Shown here piece after piece: positions 52,272-64,000 of a stretch of DNA of 64,000 bases (position 1 is its first letter; every line of letters begins with the position of its first letter). Under the pieces are notes generated by a model, which worked only from the letters and a program-made list of their open reading frames with translations, ran no database searches and was not told the DNA's origin. A program made the translations under genes and the position numbers. This stretch comes from Chrysomallon squamiferum (lineage: Eukaryota > Animalia > Mollusca). Location: contig CM022670.1 of NCBI GenBank assembly GCA_012295275.1, forward strand, positions 8,246,001 to 8,310,000, given 5' to 3'.

Positions 52272-53029
52272 TGAATAGCAGATAAAAACAGATATATAAA
52301 GTTACACGGAAAAAGGGATTGAATAACTCAGAGACAGCCACAAAAAATAGATAATGATATTTAATGATTCACTAAATTACATTTTACAACATGAAGAATT
52401 TAAATGAACGAAATGATATTTTAATGATTTAACTGTAACAACAAACATTCCATTGCAATCAGAAATATTTTAGTAAAGTCTATACAGGTGACCTCAAATC
52501 AGGACAATACCGGGCGTATTTAAACAGAACAGTTAAGTTTGTATTGACAAAATCTCCGTCGACAAATAAAAATTTACATATTTACATTTTGTTTACAGAA
52601 AGCGAAAGTCAATTCCTGAAATAATCTAGGTGTAGCAGTATTTTTGTTTCCTAGTTTTACACTGGAATGCTAACAGTTTGAAAAGTACCATTCCGTAATA
52701 AACCTATATTTCACTGAGGAAATTATTCAAAGCCTCATTTCAACGGTCATGGGTTCGTTTCCCATCCAGTAATGAATAATGAAACAATTTCATAAGGAAT
52801 TCATTAATTTACAACAGACATTGTTATTCACTTTTAAAAGTCTACACTTTAATTATATTGGTAACATCAACATTTTACTTTTAGATAAACCCATACTGTT
52901 CTAATAATTTTCCTTAAGAAACTGAAATTACTGATTTCTGACTGGTAAACACAATTTGGTTGGTATATTAAAATCTCCATCTTAATTAAAGGAAAATAAA
53001 GTCATGGTGCGAGACCTAATTGAATGACC

Positions 53030-53410
53030 ACTTACTCTGATTGGCTGATTATGTTGTGGCGCCCTCTGTGAGCACTGCATCAGGGCTTGCTGAACCTTCA
53101 TGGCAACCATTCTCGTTTCGTTGGGACCTGTGACGTCATCGCGTTCGTTCGCCATCTGGTGGTGTTCTGCATGAGGTAACTGTGACGGTGACTGGAAATA
53201 ACATTAAAATAAGGATTAGATGGTAATTATAAACATGGCAACAGATGTCTGATGGCCCGGAGAATGGCTGTTTAGTAATCCAAACCCCGGGGAAACCGCA
53301 TTACACGTGGTAACGACAGCCAGGGCGGCAGTTTGACGTAACAACAGTTTCGGTGATGAGATGGTGTTTTGATAGCTGCGGAGACGTGTTAGGAAAACGT
53401 GTTGCTATGA
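53030..53410. promoter_or_regulatory. Motif-dense intronic element (enhancer, insulator or internal promoter candidate)
   Basis: Reverse CCAAT box TGATTGGCT at 53038. CTCF-like TCACAGAGGGCGCC (-, ~53058-53071) and CCACCAGATGGCG (-, 53150-53162). RFX half-sites CATGGCAAC at 53099 and 53234. CRE TGACGTCA at 53131. E-box CACGTG at 53304. Confidence 0.55.
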
Positions 53411-53942
53411 TCATCAGAACGGATTGATTACAGTTGTTCTCAAATGTATATGATTCAGTGGAAACGTGAATATTATTTAACTAAAGTACAATCGTATCAT
53501 ATACACGAAGGTTCCTATTTATTTGTCCGGTTTTGTTTGTCTGATTCATTGTAAACGTATCATTTTTTTTTTTTTTTTTTTTAGAAAACCCGCACGCACC
53601 TACACAAAGATACACACACTACACAAGAGCACACGTCCATACATGCAGAGCGGTCACCGAATTGCAAGTTGTCTCATATTTATCATAATCATGTGATTAA
53701 AGCGGATTTAATAATCTGATTGGTCATGTTTAGTCTTTTGTTGACTAAATTTTCGAGATGATTTCATTAATAGGTGTTTATTTTGGACGATCATGTTAAA
53801 CGAATTTTGTATAAACTGTGAATAAACGTTGTAGTTAATAATCTTCACATATAAGAATGACTTTAAAAACGGATATAAAGTTGTTCTGATAGAAAAGAGA
53901 ACGGTGATAATAACTTAAGGAATTTATACGCTTTTTTGTACT

Positions 53943-54932
<990 letters not shown>

Positions 54933-55689
54933 AAGTAAAGGGGTAAGCCCACTGTGCACGGGATGCGTTGATATAATTAGTATGTAAAAGAGAAAGAGAA
55001 GAGTCAGCGATGAGCGAGATAGTTCAACAGATACAAAACAACAACAACAAAAAAAAAAAAAACGTCTGGGATCACACACAAAACTGCCTATCCACACACA
55101 AAATACCCCACACGCAACCGTGACGAGAAACGAAACCAATAACTGCAACACGATACAAATCGATGTCAGCAACTCGTGACACGGAGATTGTTTATTGCAC
55201 GGAGAAAACCGAACCGGCAACGATAAACATTTGTTGCATGTTTGCAAACATTTTACTGGATGCAACAAAAAACTGAATTATCAGTAAATCACTTTAAACT
55301 TTGATCTGCGATAGCAGGCGACGACCCCGAAGACTCACTGCCGTACTGTCGCGCAGCAAGACGCGTGACTGGTATGCGATTTGGATTAGTGTCATCTTCC
55401 TGCACGCCTGAGTTGTCGTTCTTTGTAGCGCGTAATCTGCTTTTTGAAGCGTAATAATTTTAGCTCTCACCGCATGCCGCGTTAAATAACACAAATAATG
55501 AAGGTCTTCCAGATGAGAAAAGATAATAAATAAATAAATAGAAAAATAAATAGAAAAATAAATAAATAAATAGAAAAATAAATAGAAAAATAAATACAGA
55601 CAACAAAATATCAGGTCCATGACCAGCAGGGGAAAAAAGCAAACAAACAAACAAAACAAAAAAACAACATTTCAGACGACGACAACTAA

Positions 55690-55753
<64 letters not shown>

Positions 55754-55775
55754 TAACAACAACAACAACAACAAC

Positions 55776-55822
<47 letters not shown>

Positions 55823-56045
55823 GATGACGATAAATAAATAAACAAACAAATAATTAGAAATAAACACAATTATTACTGCAGTTATTAACTAAAATCATCA
55901 ATGTAACTGCTAACATTAACGCTGTAAGGAGAGCATCAACACAGGAGAACGAAATACCATAACATACTTTCCTGCATATAATATCCCTAATATTAATATA
56001 TCTTTTATAAGATACGTCTTGTATAAAATATATCTAGTATTAATA

Positions 56046-56108
<63 letters not shown>

Positions 56109-57189
56109 ATATTTATTAGATACGTCGTGTATAAAAAATATATCTAGTATTAATCTATGTTTTATAAGATACGTCTTGTATATATACCACCGATACAGCG
56201 GTAATAGGTTTCCTTTATAATAAAACATATGTTTGACACTAATAATAAAACATTCTGAGGTGTGGTTAAGCAAATATATATTCATTCATTCATTCGATCA
56301 ATCTCTGATTTGCTTGCACACTCACCGACACTCAATAAAACGAGGTACAATCAAATGTAATAACAGTTTTTCCGTGTTAATAACGTAAGCAAACAAACAG
56401 GAAAAGAACAGGTTCTATAGACTCAACACTTCTGAAAATAACGTCTATAGAAATTATACTGTGTAAAGTTAGCAGTGATATAGTTTTTTTTTTATATCTT
56501 TATTGTGACGTATGCGTCATTGGTTTATTTTTTCAATGCAGATTCAATAACTCACATCAGTATAACATGGACGACAGTGTTATTTACTCAGATATAAACG
56601 AAAACCAGGATTCATTATTAATATTATTATTAATATTATTGTTATTATTATTATTATTATTATTTTAAATTACTTCTTCAAATACTTTTAATCAGTCTTA
56701 TACTTTGAGGAGATCATTTTCTAAAACTGAGCTTCAGAGTGGTATCCAAGGGAGAAGTTTTAAGGCATTAAAAACGTATATTTAGAAAGGCTGGAGAAAA
56801 ATAATTTCCCCAAATTAAATGAACTGTATAAAAGGTCTTTCCTTGAAATACAGTATAGAATTATGACTAACTAAATAAAATGCTTTGGTCGTGTGAGACT
56901 TCGATATCACTGTTTAATAAAAACATTCCTTTTAGCCGACTCGCAATCACGTTATTAATGAATTTGTTTGTGTGATATGAAATACAGAGAAAGCTGGTTT
57001 ATGAAATGCACGAATAGAGAATATTAGAGATAATTTATTTATATCTACACACATACTACAAAATTATTTTTAAAAATTAAAATGTGATCAACAGTAACCT
57101 TAAAAGCTAATAATCCAAAAACAACAGTAACAAAAAAAAAAAAAAAAAAAACAATGTTCACAATTAGCTACAGTATTTAATATTAATAA

Positions 57190-57600
57190 TCAATTATGAA
57201 CGTTGAAAGTTTATTATCAAACTGTAAAGTTAAACGTTGTTCATCAACATAGCTTTAAATGTTCATTATCAAATGTAACGTAAAACAATGGTAATTAACG
57301 CTAAACTCTGTTATCAACAAAACGTTAAACTTATTAATCAACAAAACGTTAAACGTTGTTACCCTGCATATCGTTAAACATTCCTAATGAACTATGACGT
57401 TAAACAATGTTAATCAACTTACGTTATATATTAATAACCAGTTTTAAGGAGCATCGTTAATATGTTGTAACGTTAAGTATCAATAATGAAATGTTAAGTT
57501 AAATGTCCAAAATGAACTTCAGTTTTTTACATTTCTAATAAACTTCAACGTTCAAAATTCATAATAAAACTTCAGCGTTAAACATTAAATAATCAGCCGC
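57190..57600. repeat. Degenerate ~24-bp minisatellite containing AACGTTAAAC
   Basis: For example ATCAACAAAACGTTAAAC repeats in tandem with decay. Confidence 0.65.
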
Positions 57601-58257
57601 ACGAAAAACTCATTATCACTTCCACTTAATCATCATTAACCAACAGATCCTAATTAAACAAAAAAAAAAAAAAAACAAAACCCAAAACTATCTAATGACT
57701 GAAAATAATTAACCTTGTCAAGTTAATGACATCAGATTAACTGTAATACATGTATAAAGGGATCTTTACTAATTAATATTATTTTGCTAATTAATAATAG
57801 CGATTACCATTACGGCTAATGCTAATACGTTCAGACTTAATGTCTGCCACTGTGCTTTACCATTACCCAGACACTACGGAGTCGTGTCATTCCGAATCCG
57901 TACGAATCGACGGTGAATTGGACTAAATTAGATCTTTATGTATGTTCAACTGCAGAAAATAGTTTATGTTATTACGTCATTAAACTTCATTCAAACAGTG
58001 ACGTCGTGATGACACCTGATGTAGCAACAAATTGCCACGCCTCGTCGTTGGCGACCCCATGCGGCACGCAACAAACACCGGCTCAAGATTAGTGCGCGAC
58101 CTTTAATTAAATCTCTTCAACCATTCCTTGATCTAACAACATCGAGACAGAGTCAGCAGACTGGACGATGCTGTCAGCAGGCGATCTGTTATGTCCACAT
58201 CAGCTGCGTCGTCGGATTAAAAATAGTGAATGGGGTGTTTTTAGTTTTTCTTCTTCT

Positions 58258-58636
<379 letters not shown>

Positions 58637-59685
58637 CATCAAAACAAATATCGCATTATCCTCGCAGAAAATTAATAATCTTATCGACATTAATCCATAT
58701 TACTAATTTTGTATACGAACTTCATCACAACGTGTCACTTGTAAATTTGTCTGTTAAATTAAATCTATTAATTATCTTGTTTCATTTCTCCCCAGTGCCA
58801 GATCTATACAACCTGTACAAAGATAAGGGTCTATGAATAGGAGAGGCGCTGAGGTAAACAGTCCCTAAATTAAAGAAAACAATCGTTAAGGGTAATTCCC
58901 TGTTTTCTTGTACAGACAAAGAGTTTCATCAATGGGACTGACACCTTTCAACCCTCTCGTAACACAATCGGCTTTTCTCGTCAAACACCGGACTGCGGCG
59001 ATGTCCAACGAGTTAATCCGATTTCGCCTGCTGATTCTATTGTGCGGCTAGTTGGTATGAAGTAAGGATAAGTAAAGCATTGTTTTGTTTGATTTACTTA
59101 AGGATATGTCAATAATCGCCTTAAGACGAATACCGCGGTACAGACGAAATGATCAGATTTTATGTATTTATTATTGTTGTATGAAGGCTGATCGATTTGG
59201 GGAAAAATATTTTAACCTGATATGCGTAATTTGTGATATTTTACCCAGTGCCCTCTTCAATAAATAATTATCTGTTATTAATAATTAACTTGACATGATA
59301 TGAAGAGAGTAAATCAAGGCTTCCAGATCTCCATGGTAACCGTGAAGTGAAAATTTTGCTGTACAGATGATTTCGATAAAATCTATGGTAACTTCAGTCT
59401 CAGACTCAAGCGTTAAAATCCTCAGATTTTCATACTGTTTATTAGATCTTAACGATAACAGATATATTTTCTTTTTCTATATACGATTTTTTATTTATTT
59501 TTTTACTGTATTTTAATTTTATTTTTAGTAATAGTATACATATTTTTTCTTATCACTGTCGTTAAGTCTGTGTGACTGTATTGCCTTGATCATAAGAATG
59601 AAAAAGAGAGACGAAAAAATAGACAGAAAAGTGGACAGAGCGAAAGACAGATTGATAAACAGCTAGACACAAGGACACTCATAGA

Positions 59686-59689
<4 letters not shown>

Positions 59690-59777
<88 letters not shown>
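59690..59777. repeat. (GA)n microsatellite
   Basis: Direct inspection. Confidence 0.95.
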
Positions 59778-59780
<3 letters not shown>

Positions 59781-60367
59781 CAGCAGTTCTCTTTAATTAT
59801 ATTAATTTATACCATACTTACGGTATAACAGTGTGTTTATAAGCGATCTTATCATTGTTTAAGTGAACGTTATCAAAAACATACATGAAATAAAGTGTGT
59901 ATGTGATTCCAGTCCACATGTTTTAATCATTTAATATCTTAATGGTTTGTAAAGTGGTTTTCCACTCTACTTCTGAGACTGCACTAAGAAGTCGTTCTGA
60001 TAAATTATCAGTTAATTTAATCAGAAATTATAACATCTCTGATATTTAGACCAAACTAAGGAGAAAACCTGTAGCAACAATGATATTATGATTCGTCATT
60101 TGTATCTGGCTATCAAACGCAAAGTACTACTTAAAGTTCACACGGCTCAAAGTCTAAGTGTGAGATAAATTGTTTATTTTGTATTTTTATTCAGTTTCTG
60201 TAGGAAGGTTTTGAAATATGATATAAACATTTTATGAAAATATTTCAATCATTAAAGAGTATTTATGTCTTTCTCTGACTCTGTGTCAGTCTATCTCTGT
60301 CACTCTTTTTCTGTGTTTTTATCTTTATCTCTGTCTCTTTCTTTCTTTCTCATTCACGCTCTCTCCC

Positions 60368-60454
<87 letters not shown>

Positions 60455-60747
60455 ATAGCTATTATAACTACTGATAAATATACATTTTATTTATTTCATT
60501 TCACTGTAATTTATGCGCGTGACATCTCATACAGACATCAGACAGCAGAACCATGACAGGTTTCATTAACACCGGTAAATCAAACACGTTAATATTAATG
60601 GGATGTAGCTGTTACTCAATCGGATATAAATGATTTATTTCTGGGGCCAACTGAGGCAATTACAAAGTAAAATAATGACAATTAATTGCTGGAATGGCGT
60701 GACAGACTCTGCTTACACTTTTAACAGAACACACAACAAACACCTAC

Positions 60748-63420
60748 CTCCACGTGATGATGTCTTTCTCTCTGTTTGTATTCCTCCGCCAGCTGCATTT
60801 TAAAAAGAATCAGATCTTCTTTGGACTCTTGTTTCGACCTCGGGGGCTTCTGACCTTCACCTCTGACCCCCGGGTTTATCTCTGTGTAGGTCTTCATGTC
60901 AATAAACCCGCTGTCCGTCACGTCTTGGTAAGATGGCGGACCCTGACTGAGGTTCTCCATCTGAAGGGAGGAATTGGCCGCCTTCTTCTGTCTGTCGCTC
61001 CTTCTCAGTTTGAGCACGACGGACAGCACCACGGCGGCCACGATGACGGTGACACACAAGAGAACGATGACGATCAAGGCGTTTTGTTCGCCTGTTGACG
61101 CTGACACCGCTGTTGTGTTTCCCATAAACACCACAATTTCCAAAGCTTGCCCCGAGGATGTTTTCACTGGGTCGCCTTCGTCGCTCGCCCAGACATACGC
61201 AAGATGAGTGCCGCAGTCTGTGTGGTCCAAATTCTTATCGACGAAAACCGTCCCCGTATTTTTCTCAATTGAAAACAGTTTATTGTTCAGTTCCATCCTG
61301 TACGTGAGTTTGCTGTTCATGCCTGCGTCGGCATCAGTAGCGTTAATTCTCGTGACACTGCTTCCTGGGGGAGACTGGTAGGCTATTCTGACTATCTGGT
61401 TTACTGAATTGGGGAACTGTATTACTGGCGCGTTGTCGTTTTCGTCCTGAATGTGAACATGCACTCTGACAAACTGTTCATTCGCCGGGTTCCCGTGATC
61501 TCGAGCTATAACACTGAACATGTACACTTCGCGTACTTCTCTGTCAAACGTGTCCAAAGCCATGACTGATCCCCTCTCCGATACATTGAAAGGTATGGAA
61601 CGATTGTCCATGTTCTCGAGAAAGTAAGACACTTTGCCACTATCTCCCAAATCTGGGTCACTGGCAACGACGACGCCTACGATGCTGTATTTTGGCTGGT
61701 TCTCGTAAATGTTCAAAATGTACTCACCATCTGGAAATGTAGGCGTGTTATCATTTTGGTCTTTGATATTTATATACACGAAAGTGGAAGCTGATAAAGG
61801 TGGGACACCCTTATCTGATGCCACAACAGTGAAATTGAAATGATCCACTGTCTCTCTATCCAGAGATACGCGGGCTCGAATTTCGCCAGTTGCTTCGTCA
61901 ACCGAAATGTAGTCTAAAACGCTTTGGTCACGTTGGGCAACTTTGTAACTCATCTTTTTGTTCAGACCTTCGTCCACATCTGTGGCGTTAACAATGCCTA
62001 TCAGATCACTTGCTTTGTTGTTTTCAAAGATGGAAAAGAGATAACGGCTCTGCTCAAAAACTGGAAAGTTATCGTTTACGTCCGTCAGTGTAACCTCAAA
62101 AGTTATGAAACTGCTCAGCGGTGACGTTCCTAGGTCTTGGCACGAAATGGTGACATTTAATCTGGGCAGCGTCTCTCTGTCTAGATTCGCAGATACAGTC
62201 ATTTTGTATTCATTTTCGCCCATCTCAGTAAGTCGAAACAGCGGCGAGTTCACAGAACAGTTCACCATGCCGTTGTTGCCTGAATCCTCGTCGGTGACAA
62301 TGACGTGGGCCACAATGTCCCCAAAGTTAGCGTCTTCCGGTACTCTCCCGTCATTGAAAACGTTGAGTCGTATTTGGGGTCGGTTGTTGACAGTGTCTAG
62401 CACAGTGATGTAAACATTGGCTTGAGCCATTCGAGGTTCTGGGTTCGAGTCTAAAGCCTCTACAACAACTTTTATCGTCTCACCTTGAAGATGCTTCAAA
62501 GTACGAGACGGAGTTATCTTCCCAGTTCGGTGGTCTATCTGAAACGTAGATTCGACATCAACAGACTGCTGCTGCCTGCTGAGTTTGTAAACGACGTCGC
62601 CGTTTGATCCAGCATCGGCATCAGTAGCGGAGACATTGATAATTGTAGAATTCACTCCAATTGTCTCGCTGACGTTCACGTAATAGTTTTGTTCAGAGAA
62701 TACTGGTGAATTGTCGTTGTCGTCGCCGATGGTAATATTGACGACAAGACGTCCTGTTTTTGGTGGTGTTCCACCATCAACAGCCAAAACGATAATTTCG
62801 TAATGACTTTCTTTCTCTCTGTCCAGTTTTCTGTCGACGACCAAATTTGCCTTCAATCTTCCAATGACTTCGTACACTCTCAAACTGAAATGACTATTAC
62901 TGTTTTCCATTGTATAGTTCTGTATCGAATTCAAACCCAAATCTCTGTCTTCAGCCTGAGGCAGTGAATATGATTTACCAACACTCACAGACTCTGGGAT
63001 GACCAGAGAATAGGTCTGATCGCGAAACTGCGGCGAATTGTCGTTTATGTCTAACAGATACACTTTGATACCAACAGACTGAAGAAACGACCCTGACTGC
63101 ATCGTGATGCTGAACTGAAAGACACAGTTTTCAGTAAACCCACAGCGCCCATCTCTGTCCAGTTTCTGTCCCGTGTACAGCAGCCCAGTCCTGTTGTTGA
63201 TCGTGAAATAACGAACATCTTCTGCTCCAGACACGAAACTGAACTGAAGATTGTTTAATATTTGACCACTTAGTGATATGTTAGAGTCACGACTCACGTT
63301 GCCTATTCTGAAACCAGGTTCGAGTTCTTCGTCGATTTTGTAAACGATTTCGTTTGCCGAAACATACACGAAAAATAACACCACAGTGAACAGTGCCTGA
63401 AGCGACTTTAATTCTGCCAT
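60748..63420 (-). CDS. Protocadherin C, large exon (signal peptide, 7 cadherin repeats, TM, juxtamembrane region)
   Basis: Intact ORF from GCCATGG at 63420, signal peptide MAELKSLQALFTVVLFFVYVSA. EC1 has a C-x5-C motif (CGFTENC). Linkers: DINDNSP, DDNDNSP, DTVNNRP, DVNDNFP, DQNDNTP, DENDNAP. TM ALIVIVLLCVTVIVAAVVLSVVL. Donor GAG|GTAGGT at 60748/60747, phase 0. Confidence 0.96.
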
Positions 63421-64000
63421 GGCTGTAAAAATCTTCCAGTAATATCATCCAAAGAAGAATTTTTTTTTTTTTCAAAGTATTAATAATTAACGAAGTGTAT
63501 TTATCCAAACGGCTATTTCATTTATTATTTCGAAAAATCAATTTCACCGAGTCAGGTTATCTGTGCCTGTATTTCACCGACAAAAAGCGAACGGTGATTT
63601 GATATGGGTACTAAGAGTTCCCACACTAATCCACAATAAGTAATATGTGTCACTCATTATAACACGCCACTGGAATACTTAACAAAGTACACTTTCTTCT
63701 CCTGTTTGCTGTGAGGTGTAAACACGTACAAGAAACTGCTATACAGACCGCACACAAAACACAACTTCATACCATTGACATCACCAGCACTGGCGATTGT
63801 TAGCAGGTACAGTTATTCACGCTCGTTCAATACCGTGACATTTATAAACTGCAGTCCCAATAGAAAGCTCGGCTGCCGGTTTGCTCGACACACAAACACG
63901 TGTGCTTATTAACGTCCGTTTTAATGAGGCTGCGTTTATTCCCCTCACTCTTAAGATAATTTTGTTTTTGTTACGCCAAACACCTAGTTGTCGAAATTTC

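Noticed and set aside
55294-55659. ORF as a possible extra cytoplasmic exon of PcdhC
   Set aside because: No clear phase-0 acceptor/donor pair and no similarity to the B exon. The 60748>52168 junction is already in frame.
63430-64000. Promoter or TATA call for PcdhC (TTTATAAA at 63841)
   Set aside because: Plausible by position, but such motifs are too common in AT-rich DNA to assign a TSS or 5' exon structure.

Overview
This is AT-rich, microsatellite-dense animal genomic DNA, not prokaryotic. The protocadherin sequence style suggests a lophotrochozoan, probably a mollusc (inference). The window holds part of a tandem protocadherin (Pcdh) cluster with three genes. PcdhA (+, 5'-truncated) has exons <1-1170, 3847-3955 and 4271-4683. 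PcdhB (-) has coding exons 27072-24365, 16300-16136, 15778-15646 and 15362-14956. PcdhC (-) has coding exons 63420-60748, 52168-52024 and 51765-51292. Each gene has one large exon for the ectodomain and TM helix (signal peptide plus 7 cadherin repeats in B and C), then its own small cytoplasmic exons carrying a CM1-like DSG[RK]G motif, an RVxF-type motif and a conserved [LM][NQ]D[VI]xV C-terminus. All exon phases are mutually compatible. PcdhB has a 1-nt frameshift in EC2 and PcdhC has one in its last exon; these are either sequencing errors or real, complementary lesions. Other signals: convergently oriented CTCF-like motifs, a CTCF/RFX/CRE-dense intronic element, a sharply bounded ~95% GC3 tract in PcdhB EC1, a candidate 46-aa Cys-tailed microprotein, a possible orphan Pcdh tail relic, a candidate distal non-coding first exon, and a 4-copy core/microsatellite array. 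No rRNA, tRNA or CRISPR array was found.
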